Of a DNA stretch of 64,000 bases, positions 1-8,125 are shown one piece after another (position 1 is the stretch's first letter; the number at the start of each line of letters is the position of its first letter). The position numbers were made by a program, and so were the translations under genes. The notes beneath the pieces were generated by a model that searched no databases, was not told the origin of the DNA, and worked only from the letters and a program-made list of their open reading frames with translations. The stretch is taken from positions 32,001-96,000 of IMG/VR virus record IMGVR_UViG_3300043449_002292; one strand, written 5' to 3'. This stretch comes from a virus.

Positions 1-1497
1 CTTGCCAGCCGAGAGACTCTTGAGCGTGGAGTATGCAGGCTTCAGATAGTTGCCATACTCCTCAACATCAGCGTCCTCAGCAGCCATGATGAACGCGGCC
101 GTGAGCAGGTTGATGTAGTTGTTGTCCTCGGCCTCATCGAGTATGTAGTCAACGAGGTCACGGTACACACCGTCACGCTGCATCTCATCTAGCTGCATCT
201 CCTCACGCGAGCTGAGCTTTGGCTCACCGAACTCAGCGAGAAATCCCTCACCGATTCGACGACCAAATCCCTTTCCGCTCGGACCCTTGAACTTCATATC
301 AGCAATCTGAGACAGAGCTTCATAGGTGATCATTCCCTCGAAGTTCTTGTAGATCTGCGTCTGCGTCAGGAGCTTCGGATTCTCTTCCATAGCACGCGCA
401 AACTCCGACATGCCTTCCTCTTCGATCAGCTCTTTCAGGACGCTCTGGTTCTCAGGAGCTGACAAACCGTCAATGAAAGCTTCCATAACGGAATTTCTGA
501 CGTATGCGCGGTCGTCCTTACCGCTGAGGTAAGCGAGGAGAGCACGGACGCCGGTAACATCACGGATGAATGACTGGCGGAGCCCCGAGGCTGCAGCGTA
601 ACCCATCGGCTTCGCATACTTCTGCCACTCAAAGCTTGCTGGAACAGTTGACTGAGAGGCAGGTTCAACGGATTTCTTGGAGGATTTCGAGACCTTCGCA
701 GAATCTCCAACCGCGACGGTGTTCGCCCTGATGAAATACTTCACAAAGTTCGCGAGATCCCTGTCCTTACGCTTAGTGAAGGCATCCTGAACCTTCTGCA
801 TCTTCTTATCGTCGACGTCTTCCATTCCGTCGAGGATCTCCATGAAAGTCTCAAGATCGGATCCGCTGATGAGAATATCATCAACAAGACCAATGACTTT
901 CTTGATATCGCTTCGAACCAGCCCAAAGTTTCCAAGCGCATTTGGATACTCACGAAGCAGATCCTCAAGCTCAGAATCGCCTGCTGATTTCGAGGCTCCC
1001 TCCTCCTCATCGTCGTCCGAGGGTCCGAGGTCCTCACCCTTGTAAGCCTGATACATGAGCTTTCCGACGCCCTTGTACTCATCCGACTGTTCGCGCATAA
1101 GGGCATTAAGAACTGCGTTCTTACGACGAATGGACTCGATCTGGACCTCCTCATCATCGCTGCCCTCTTCCTCAAGCTGCTCGATGATACGCTTGAATGC
1201 CATGTAAGCTTTTTCGACATGGTCGACTGGCACCATCTCAGAGAGAGCTTGCACCGCGAGACCGAGCTCTTTTGGATTCATCGGGACATATTCATCGTCC
1301 TCAACAGGTGGACGCTCAACCTCGAGCTGAGTTGACATGCGATCGCTGGGAGAGAGCGGGAGCTCTGACGGTAGTGATGACGAATCAGGACCGACTGTCA
1401 GACGACGGTTGACATCACTCTTTTTGATGTCGCTCTCGCTAAGTGACTTCCTGATTATGCTCTGCAAAACCGATTTCTTTACCCTGACAGTAGACAT
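1..1497 (-). CDS. Hypothetical protein, probably an internal head/virion protein; runs off the window edge
   Basis: Not in the ORF track because it has no stop in the window. Hand translation from ATG 1497 gives MSTVRVKKSVLQSIIRKSLSESD..., and the frame is also open at base 1 (middle not checked codon by codon). ATAATTA motif at 1527-1533. Confidence 0.75.
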   Translation of the reverse strand, partial: MSTVRVKKSVLQSIIRKSLSESDIKKSDVNRRLTVGPDSSSLPSELPLSPSDRMSTQLEVERPPVEDDEYVPMNPKELGLAVQALSEMVPVDHVEKAYMAFKRIIEQLEEEGSDDEEVQIESIRRKNAVLNALMREQSDEYKGVGKLMYQAYKGEDLGPSDDDEEEGASKSAGDSELEDLLREYPNALGNFGLVRSDIKKVIGLVDDILISGSDLETFMEILDGMEDVDDKKMQKVQDAFTKRKDRDLANFVKYFIRANTVAVGDSAKVSKSSKKSVEPASQSTVPASFEWQKYAKPMGYAAASGLRQSFIRDVTGVRALLAYLSGKDDRAYVRNSVMEAFIDGLSAPENQSVLKELIEEEGMSEFARAMEENPKLLTQTQIYKNFEGMITYEALSQIADMKFKGPSGKGFGRRIGEGFLAEFGEPKLSSREEMQLDEMQRDGVYRDLVDYILDEAEDNNYINLLTAAFIMAAEDADVEEYGNYLKPAYSTLKSLSAGK

Positions 1498-1526
1498 TCG
1501 TGATCATCCTTCGGTAAAATCTACTC

Positions 1527-1533
1527 TAATTAT
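1527..1533 (-). promoter_or_regulatory. Putative late promoter ATANTTA (ATAATTA)
   Basis: 30 nt upstream of ATG 1497; recurrent intergenic motif. Confidence 0.55.
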
Positions 1534-1554
1534 TCTACACTCAGAATAGAAAGC

Positions 1555-1585
1555 GAAAAGGCCGCGATTAGCGGCCTTTTCTTTT
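1555..1585. terminator. Intrinsic terminator, bidirectional-looking
   Basis: gaaaaggccgc-gatta-gcggccttttc, an 11-bp stem with A/T runs on both sides, just downstream of the 88-aa gene. Confidence 0.8.
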
Positions 1586-1603
1586 GCAGAAGACGTTGGG
1601 CTC

Positions 1604-1870
1604 TTACTTTGCCTTCGTCTCAGCGGCGGGGGCAGCGTCAGTCTCAGAAGCTGGGACCTCGACAACCACGGCGCCCGCAGCCTCAGCAGCCGGCGCAGCC
1701 TCAGCAGCGGGAGCAGCCTCAACGGCGGGTGCGGCAGCCTCGGTCACCTCAGCAGCGGGAGTCTCCTCAACCGCGTCGCCACCGAAGACACCGGTGTAGA
1801 AGGCGGTGAGAGCCGCGATAACGGCCGCGAGGACAGCGGCGAGGACCTTGTTGTTCTTGATCATTTCCAT
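1604..1870 (-). CDS. Small membrane-anchored/exported Ala-Glu-Pro-rich protein
   Basis: N-terminal hydrophobic helix VLAAVLAAVIAALTAFY, then EAAPAA repeats (18-bp period); AAGGAG RBS. Confidence 0.75.
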   Translation of the reverse strand: MEMIKNNKVLAAVLAAVIAALTAFYTGVFGGDAVEETPAAEVTEAAAPAVEAAPAAEAAPAAEAAGAVVVEVPASETDAAPAAETKAK

Positions 1871-1880
1871 TTCTTTCTCC

Positions 1881-2147
1881 TTAGTTGATCATGTCATCAT
1901 CGTTTGACTTTCTCTTAAACGATACCTGCCTACCCTTGTTTTTATCCACCATGGACATTTCCATCAGGGCGACATGTGAGGCAACACTCCTAAGATCACG
2001 TGCCATTCGCTCATCAAACGTAGCTAAAATATTCACCATCTCGAGCAGCTTTTCAAGCTTTTGCTCATTAATTTCCAACCTTTCCCGAAGTTCAGCTATC
2101 TCATCGCTTCGATCGTTGAACCCGAACATGGCACGTAAGAATCTCAA
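1881..2147 (-). CDS. Hypothetical coiled-coil protein
   Basis: ORF tightly packed in the operon; heptad-like IAELRERLEINEQKLEKLLE. Confidence 0.65.
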   Translation of the reverse strand: MRFLRAMFGFNDRSDEIAELRERLEINEQKLEKLLEMVNILATFDERMARDLRSVASHVALMEMSMVDKNKGRQVSFKRKSNDDDMIN

Positions 2148-2149
2148 AA

Positions 2150-2464
2150 CTAACCCTTTTCCTGCTTCGCGATGTAATCGTAGATGCTTTCAGCGTCGGA
2201 GGCCGTGAGCTTCTTGATCCTCTTCTCCTTCTTACGTTTCACCAGCTCGTCCATCATCCTGTGTGTGTGTGAGTCACCATCAACGACCAGTTGACAGAAT
2301 TCCACGAACATCTCCTGAAGGGAGAGTTTCTTTCGGAAAGCGAACACCCTCATTTCAGCGTGCAGCTCCGAGGGTATCTTGATGTGAATGCACTTCCTGG
2401 GGTCGAGGACGAGGTTCACCTGCCTACGCAGCTCCTCCGCCTCCTCCCTTCGCTCCGACTGCAT
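2150..2464 (-). CDS. Possible ribbon-helix-helix DNA-binding protein
   Basis: Alternating beta-strand KCIHIKIP followed by two helices SELHAEMRVFAFRKKLSLQEMFVEF. Confidence 0.5.
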   Translation of the reverse strand: MQSERREEAEELRRQVNLVLDPRKCIHIKIPSELHAEMRVFAFRKKLSLQEMFVEFCQLVVDGDSHTHRMMDELVKRKKEKRIKKLTASDAESIYDYIAKQEKG

Positions 2465-3311
2465 ATGAATCCGGTGGTGGCTCTGGACGTTCCAATGATA
2501 TGTGATAGTTCTTGCTCAGTAAATTTTTAAGCTGCTTATTGAGCTTATCTGCGTGATCTGGGAACTGACTTTTCAGATAAGATTCTGCCTGATCGATAAC
2601 ATTCTTCTTCACATCAACGAGAGATGTGTAATTCTTTATTAGATTTGCAATCTTCTCGGTGAATACGTCCATGTTAATCTTTGGCTCTGGCTTCTCTTTC
2701 TTGGCTTCCTGCTCATACAGGACACGAAGGGAACGATGCCGAAAGCTTTCAGCGACAGCCTCGGCGTCAGCATCATCTGCTGCTTCCATACCAGCCACAA
2801 GTGCCTGATGAACCGCCGTCTTTCCAGCTTCACTGGATTTCGGAGGCGGTGGTTTTGCTGCGCCTGGTGCCGCGGGTGCCGCGGGTGCACCTGGGACGGC
2901 AGGAGCTCCTGGTGCGGCAGGGGTGGCAGCTGGAGCTGCCGCGGCGGCGCCTGCAGCGGCCATAGGGTCAGGGGTCAGAGCAGGCGCTGGGGTTGCAGAT
3001 GCGGCAGGAGCTGGTGGAGTCAAAGCGGGTGTCGGAGCCGCTGCGGCTGCAGGATCAGGGGTCAAAGCAGGGGCCGGCGTGGCAGCGGTGGCGGCAGGAT
3101 CTGCCGGAGGAGTCGCAGCAGCAGGATCAGTCGGAGGTGGCGTAGCAGTAGGATCAGTCGGAGGTGGCGTAGCTGGTGCTGCGGCAGCAGGGTCGGCGGG
3201 CGCGCCGGGCGGTGTAGGTGCAGCCTGCTCGTAGAGCTGTTTCGTGAGGCTGAGCCTATAACCCTCCTGAATGATTAAGCGGCGAATCTGAGATTTACTT
3301 ACGACTTTCAT
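2424..3311 (-). CDS. Pro/Ala-rich protein with IIREE-type leader, probable internal head protein
   Basis: MKVVSKSQIRRLIIQEG...LYEQ; ~130-aa PA/TP low-complexity linker. Confidence 0.75.
   Translation of the reverse strand: MKVVSKSQIRRLIIQEGYRLSLTKQLYEQAAPTPPGAPADPAAAAPATPPPTDPTATPPPTDPAAATPPADPAATAATPAPALTPDPAAAAAPTPALTPPAPAASATPAPALTPDPMAAAGAAAAAPAATPAAPGAPAVPGAPAAPAAPGAAKPPPPKSSEAGKTAVHQALVAGMEAADDADAEAVAESFRHRSLRVLYEQEAKKEKPEPKINMDVFTEKIANLIKNYTSLVDVKKNVIDQAESYLKSQFPDHADKLNKQLKNLLSKNYHISLERPEPPPDSYAVGAKGGGGGAA
2850..3225. repeat. Coding low-complexity repeats (ATPPPTDP, PAPALTP, PGAPAA)
   Basis: e.g. ggatcagtcggaggtggcgtagc occurs twice with a 27-bp period near 3123-3173. Confidence 0.8.
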
Positions 3312-4033
3312 TTTGATGCCTCCACCATCCGCTCAACCTTCCTGATACGATCCTCGATGATAGACCACTTAAGTTCCTTCATCATGGCAAAAACATATGA
3401 ACGTCGATCTTTCAGGTAATCTCGATAGTATGAATGCTCCCAACAGTCCAACACAACTATGGGGACCGAAGAGAACGGTATTCCAACGTTATGTAAATCG
3501 ACCACAACATTCATGTATCTCTTCAAGAAGAAATTATAGACTGTGACAACCCAACCGTTTCTTGAGCTGAGAGCACAGGCGATGAAGTCCCGTTGCCATG
3601 CGTCAAAGCTGCCAAAGTCTCTTTCAAGTCTCATATACGCTAGCGAATCCATAGAGACCGTAGAGCGTAAATCTGAGATATTCTCGAAAAACATTCCGTG
3701 AAGAAACGCAGCATTGAGATTATGAACTTCGTCAATTTTGAGACTACGGAATGCTGAATTGTTCGGGTTCGCAGCGTCACGATCAGCTGTGTCGAGGGCC
3801 GCGGACACCTCGTTCAAGGCCTTGGCGTAACCCTCCATCAGCTCCTGATGAGCAGTCTTATTTTCCTCGCTCAGCTTCTCGGTTGCCATATCGTACTTCG
3901 AAGCGTTTACAACGTAAGCCTCGGCGAGCTTTTCGGGAGCAGGACCAACCTTACGGGAAACAGCAAGAGATTCTTTTATGATCTCATTTATATCATCCTC
4001 ATTGATTCCGAGGATTCTCTGCTTTGTTTTCAT
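3308..4033 (-). CDS. sod: Fe/Mn superoxide dismutase with N-terminal extension
   Basis: DCWEHSYY (DxWEHxYY), ERDFGSFDAWQ, NGWVV, and His ligands in TAHQEL and FLHGMFF. Start moved to ATG 4033 because the track start 4108 overlaps the upstream gene. Confidence 0.9.
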   Translation of the reverse strand: MKTKQRILGINEDDINEIIKESLAVSRKVGPAPEKLAEAYVVNASKYDMATEKLSEENKTAHQELMEGYAKALNEVSAALDTADRDAANPNNSAFRSLKIDEVHNLNAAFLHGMFFENISDLRSTVSMDSLAYMRLERDFGSFDAWQRDFIACALSSRNGWVVTVYNFFLKRYMNVVVDLHNVGIPFSSVPIVVLDCWEHSYYRDYLKDRRSYVFAMMKELKWSIIEDRIRKVERMVEASK

Positions 4034-4040
4034 GTTAGTT

Positions 4041-4373
4041 TTAAACCTCAAAATCCCTTTCGAATTCATCGATTGTGTAAACCTGCGGCGACTGACCGGG
4101 AGAAACAATCGTCTGACCTGCTGTTGACGTGATCGGACCCGTCACATTCTCAGGAGAAATCAGGCTAACTTTCACCGCTCCGCCCTCATCCTTGCTAACG
4201 CTTTGAACCGTGAATTTCTGCTTGGTTTTCTTGTTCGTCACCTCGAGACCTGCGTCGACCATGACTTTTCCGCCAGCTCCTATCACGTCCATTTCGAGCA
4301 AGGTCGAAAACAGTCTGGACTCGAACTGCTCACGAATCAGGCCGATTACCTTTTTTTCTGACCGACTTCTCAT
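4041..4373 (-). CDS. Hypothetical virion-associated protein
   Basis: Leader VIGLIREQFESRLFSTLLE; coupled to neighbours. Confidence 0.7.
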   Translation of the reverse strand: MRSRSEKKVIGLIREQFESRLFSTLLEMDVIGAGGKVMVDAGLEVTNKKTKQKFTVQSVSKDEGGAVKVSLISPENVTGPITSTAGQTIVSPGQSPQVYTIDEFERDFEV

Positions 4374-5791
4374 TTTGACTCCTTAATACCGGCAAGCTTG
4401 CACCATCTGTCGACCGCAGACTCTGTGAATATTACCGATCCCCCGACTAGACTATTAAGCTCTTTACGTAGTTCGTCCTGGTTGATAACCCTAAGGTTTG
4501 TTTTACGTTCGGAGTCCGAGGAGCCTGCCGTGATTGATGGACGACCGAGTATGTTGGACAGTGAATGACGACGAACTATCGCAGACCCACCACCGGCAGC
4601 GCCAGCGCCACCTGCGGCTGCGACACCGGCTGCAGCCGCACCAGCACCAGCACCTGCGGCTGCAGCCGCTGAGGCACCCGCTGCAGCCGCACCGCCGCCC
4701 GCGACAGCGGCTGGTGTTGGACGAGAAATTCCCAGAGAAGCCCCGATCGATGCGAGTCCTCCGAAAACTAGAGCCTCCGCCGGATCAAAAGTGACCAGAT
4801 TCGTTGAGGTGTCCGTGGTCTTCTGCGCCATCATCTCGAAAACTTTCTTGAACTCATCGAGGCTGAGAAGCTTGAGATCGTCGGAGAATTGTGAAGCCGT
4901 AAGGCTCGTGGGCTTGATTGCTGGAGTTCCTCTAAACTTCCTATAAATGCTTACTATAAACCCTTCAGCCGGCGACGAAATCTTGAAGTTACGTCCAACC
5001 ACACTATCGATATCGAACCCTTTGCTAGCAGCGAGAGATGCAAGTGTGGAGTCGAGCTTTGCGCGGCTCGGCGCCGATACCTTGAGAAAGAGCTCCTTCA
5101 CGCCACCTGGTGCGGGTTTAGGTTCACCATCATCTCCCCTGCCGACGACGTAAATTTTATCGGCAGAAACGTTCTCAAGCGGTAGAGTCGAAGACACCCC
5201 AGGCGCTGACAGCATGACATCGAAGCCTTCATCAGCCGATGCCTTTCCGATCACCATGAATTTCCTACCTTCATGATAACGATCAAAATCACCGAGAGCG
5301 GAAATTTCAGAGAATGGAACGCGGCGTGGAGACCTGAGCTTTGCACCGCCGCCCCTTAGTTTGATGAGATCGAAAACTATCGCTTCGTCAGTGAAGAACT
5401 TTAGCTCTGTCTTGAAATCGTTGATGATCAACAGACGAACTGCGTCCATCGCATTGAGGATTGTGAATTTCAAAACCTCGGCTGCTGTGATGGCATCGAC
5501 CAACTTTCTCTGGCTTCTATCGAGACCGATCGCGCTGAGGATTGGGTCCGGTTCCGAAGAAATGGCCTCCTCGAGCTTATCGATCGTCCCACGTAACGCC
5601 GCTTTCGTGTTGGACATCTTGGAGATCGCGGGAAGATCTTCGATGTCTGATAAGGGCTCAATCGATTGACGTGCAGCTTCGAATGATGCACGATCGACCG
5701 CCTCACTCATGAGGTAGTCTAAATTTCTGCGCTTGAGAGAACGGGAGGCGTCGTCATACCTACGTCCCATGTTACGCCCAATGTTGCTCAT
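4370..5791 (-). CDS. Hypothetical virion-associated protein with Ala/Gly-rich tract
   Basis: 473-aa ORF after an ATACTTA motif; C-terminal RWCKLAGI. Confidence 0.75.
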   Translation of the reverse strand: MSNIGRNMGRRYDDASRSLKRRNLDYLMSEAVDRASFEAARQSIEPLSDIEDLPAISKMSNTKAALRGTIDKLEEAISSEPDPILSAIGLDRSQRKLVDAITAAEVLKFTILNAMDAVRLLIINDFKTELKFFTDEAIVFDLIKLRGGGAKLRSPRRVPFSEISALGDFDRYHEGRKFMVIGKASADEGFDVMLSAPGVSSTLPLENVSADKIYVVGRGDDGEPKPAPGGVKELFLKVSAPSRAKLDSTLASLAASKGFDIDSVVGRNFKISSPAEGFIVSIYRKFRGTPAIKPTSLTASQFSDDLKLLSLDEFKKVFEMMAQKTTDTSTNLVTFDPAEALVFGGLASIGASLGISRPTPAAVAGGGAAAAGASAAAAAGAGAGAAAAGVAAAGGAGAAGGGSAIVRRHSLSNILGRPSITAGSSDSERKTNLRVINQDELRKELNSLVGGSVIFTESAVDRWCKLAGIKESK

Positions 5792-5817
5792 CTTGTGAGA
5801 ATACCCCTGCTGGGAAC

Positions 5818-5824
5818 TAAGTAT
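5818..5824 (-). promoter_or_regulatory. Putative late promoter ATACTTA
   Basis: 27 nt upstream of ATG 5791. Confidence 0.55.
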
Positions 5825-5825
5825 T

Positions 5826-6284
5826 TCAGATCAGTGCTATCTGGCGAACCTTTACACCCGCTTCTCTCAAGAGATCGATGCCTGACGTGTCACGATAGCG
5901 TTCGATGTAGACTATCTCATCGATTCTAGCATTAACAATCGCCTTCGCGCACATACGACATGGGCTGAGACTCACGTACATCTTCTTACGTTTCGGGCTG
6001 TTAAAGTCGAGTTTGATGAGAGCATTTACCTCGGCATGGATAAACCCTGATTCACCGGCGGCGGAGGATTCACGTGTGTTTGATCCGCCAGCGTGATCCC
6101 CGTTGTATCCGAGGGAGAGCAACTGCGTGTTATCATCCGTGACCACGATTGCGGCCACCTTAAAGTTGGGATCTGGGGATCTTTTTGAGATTGTTCGGAC
6201 TACGTCAGCCCAGATAAGATCCCAGCTGGGACGATCGTCGATTGGATTACAGCGTAAATCGTTGAGAAAATCGTTATGGGTCAA
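5826..6284 (-). CDS. dCMP deaminase
   Basis: GYNG, HAEVNAL and SPCRMC zinc-deaminase motifs. Confidence 0.92.
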   Translation of the reverse strand: MTHNDFLNDLRCNPIDDRPSWDLIWADVVRTISKRSPDPNFKVAAIVVTDDNTQLLSLGYNGDHAGGSNTRESSAAGESGFIHAEVNALIKLDFNSPKRKKMYVSLSPCRMCAKAIVNARIDEIVYIERYRDTSGIDLLREAGVKVRQIALI

Positions 6285-7129
6285 GCCCGCTCCTGATCAA
6301 AGATTGTCTCTATGTTAACATTTTTTGGCAGGCTGAAACCCGCTGCCTTTCGATGCCCACCTCCGCCGAACCTCTTGGCGACCTCGCTCACGTCGGAATC
6401 CTCATGATGAGCGCGGAGGCTCACCTTCACCTGCCGCGTCTCGTGGTCATAGAACCAGATCACCGCGAAGTCGCACTTGGGAGACAGGGCCGCCCCAATC
6501 TCCGACATCCAGTGCGATGAGTTAACGACAAGAACGTCCTTTCCATCTATCTTACGTGGTGTGGCATGCTTCGCTATCTTTGAGATGACAGTCTTCGAAT
6601 ACGCGAGGATGTAAGCCCCTCGTTCCTGGGCGTCATCCACCGCAGAATCGTCGAGGTATTTATCGAACTCCTCGAAATCGAATGGGACCATGTCGAAGGC
6701 TGCCGCGAACTCCTTTGAGTATGGGATCTGCCACTTCCAGAGATCACGGTCCTCGATGAATTTTATCATGCGAGGCGCCTCCTTACCTGGATGGAAGAAA
6801 TTCCAGGCAAGCATCGCACCGCTGTGATTCATATCAAATCGGGTGCATGAGACGTCGTGAAGCTCAACCATCGCTGACTTGTGGTGATCGATGATGAGGA
6901 AGTTGCGTGCTTCCTTTATCAGCTGCTTCGTGGTCACGTTGTCATACGAGAAATCCAAAACCACGACGTTCTTACCCTTCACGTCGGGTGGGGTTTCACC
7001 ATACTTCGCTGCGTGATATTCGGCTCGATCTCCAAGGAGCTTCCAGGCAGAGTAAGCTGCGCCGAATCCATCAGTGCAGCTCGCGTGGTAAATAACAAGA
7101 TCGACGCTTGAAGGTTCCAGCATGCTCAT
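6281..7129 (-). CDS. DHH/DHHA1 phosphoesterase (NrnB-like)
   Basis: YHASCTDG, VLDFS, IDHH, GGGGHRKAAG. Confidence 0.9.
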   Translation of the reverse strand: MSMLEPSSVDLVIYHASCTDGFGAAYSAWKLLGDRAEYHAAKYGETPPDVKGKNVVVLDFSYDNVTTKQLIKEARNFLIIDHHKSAMVELHDVSCTRFDMNHSGAMLAWNFFHPGKEAPRMIKFIEDRDLWKWQIPYSKEFAAAFDMVPFDFEEFDKYLDDSAVDDAQERGAYILAYSKTVISKIAKHATPRKIDGKDVLVVNSSHWMSEIGAALSPKCDFAVIWFYDHETRQVKVSLRAHHEDSDVSEVAKRFGGGGHRKAAGFSLPKNVNIETIFDQERA

Positions 7130-7149
7130 GTGCTCTCCGGACTAAAGTA

Positions 7150-7725
7150 TTATCCTACAGTCCCGTTCGAATTGCACATGATTGGATGGTGGCGAAAACA
7201 CCTTGGTTCATAGAGATTTTTTCCGCCAACCTCGATGAGCTTATCATCATCGACTAGCTTCGTAGTATAAAAAGCGTCATCACCGCAAATCGGGCATACA
7301 GCTGGACATTTCTCGATCCTCGTCGCGTAGGGAAGAAGCTCGCTGACCTCATCGAACGGCTCACACTTCGCGCTAAGGTCAAGGGTTGCGATTAGAACGG
7401 AAGTCCCATTCTTGATGATCTGGCGAACCGCCGGTGCCACCCCGTCTATCATGAAGGCTTCATCTATGGCCACCACATCGACATCATTCTGAAGGTCATG
7501 CAGGTGGTTCAGAATGCTTTTCCCGGATGTGACGCAGCGAGCTGGCCACTTAGCTCCGGAGTGAGTGCAGATCTGAGATTCTTCATAACGTGAGTCCATT
7601 GACGGCTTGTAAACTTGCACGTTACGTTCTTGAAGTTTGAGACGCTCCAACGACGCAATCAAGCGCGAAGTTTTAGAGCCCCACATCGGACCGCAGAAGA
7701 TGATCAGCTCTGGATTTTTAGCCAA
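7150..7725 (-). CDS. tdk: Thymidine kinase (TK1 family)
   Basis: GPMWGSKT P-loop, IDEAFM, CPIC...RCFRH zinc site, IEVGG...YEP lasso. Confidence 0.88.
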   Translation of the reverse strand: MAKNPELIIFCGPMWGSKTSRLIASLERLKLQERNVQVYKPSMDSRYEESQICTHSGAKWPARCVTSGKSILNHLHDLQNDVDVVAIDEAFMIDGVAPAVRQIIKNGTSVLIATLDLSAKCEPFDEVSELLPYATRIEKCPAVCPICGDDAFYTTKLVDDDKLIEVGGKNLYEPRCFRHHPIMCNSNGTVG

Positions 7726-8125
7726 GCTTCACCGCCCTTCCGTAATCATCCTCGAGCCTTTTCGGAACATCATCAACACGATCGCCTACCTCTATCACTT
7801 GACTATCCTCAAGAGCTTCGAGCCTGTATGGGCACTCAGATTGCACATACAGCACGTCCATAGGACGCAGGACCTTCATTCGAAAAGGATGCTTTTCTGA
7901 ATTCTCCAGAGTTTTTTCATTTCCAAATGAAACTTTAATTTTCCCACTAAGAACGAAGAATACCTCATTCTTAACGTTGTGATACTTCAAGCTTGTGCGC
8001 TCTCCCTTCCTGATGTGGATGAGCTTACCGTGAATATGACTCAAGGCATGCCAAACCCGAGTTTCGCCCCACGGTTTGCTTTCGGATATTGAGCTTGAAA
8101 CCCAAGCTTCCTTAGGCGCTGGCAT
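7718..8125 (-). CDS. Cupin, resembling the C-terminal type II mannose-6-phosphate isomerase domain
   Basis: KPWG, TSLKYHNVKNEVFFVLSG, RLEDDYGR; probable start ATG 8125. Confidence 0.8.
   Translation of the reverse strand: MPAPKEAWVSSSISESKPWGETRVWHALSHIHGKLIHIRKGERTSLKYHNVKNEVFFVLSGKIKVSFGNEKTLENSEKHPFRMKVLRPMDVLYVQSECPYRLEALEDSQVIEVGDRVDDVPKRLEDDYGRAVKLG

Noticed and set aside
2850-3225. Possible CRISPR-like or non-coding repeat array (also 1660-1770 and 4590-4720)
   Set aside because: Repeat periods are multiples of 3 and encode Pro/Ala/Gly low-complexity protein; there is no repeat-spacer structure and no cas gene.
4034-4108. Extended SOD start overlapping the upstream gene; similar over-long starts at 18552, 21333, 24697, 24941 and 8167
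   Set aside because: Longest-ORF artefacts that cross upstream genes or terminators; downstream ATGs fit the promoter and RBS positions better.
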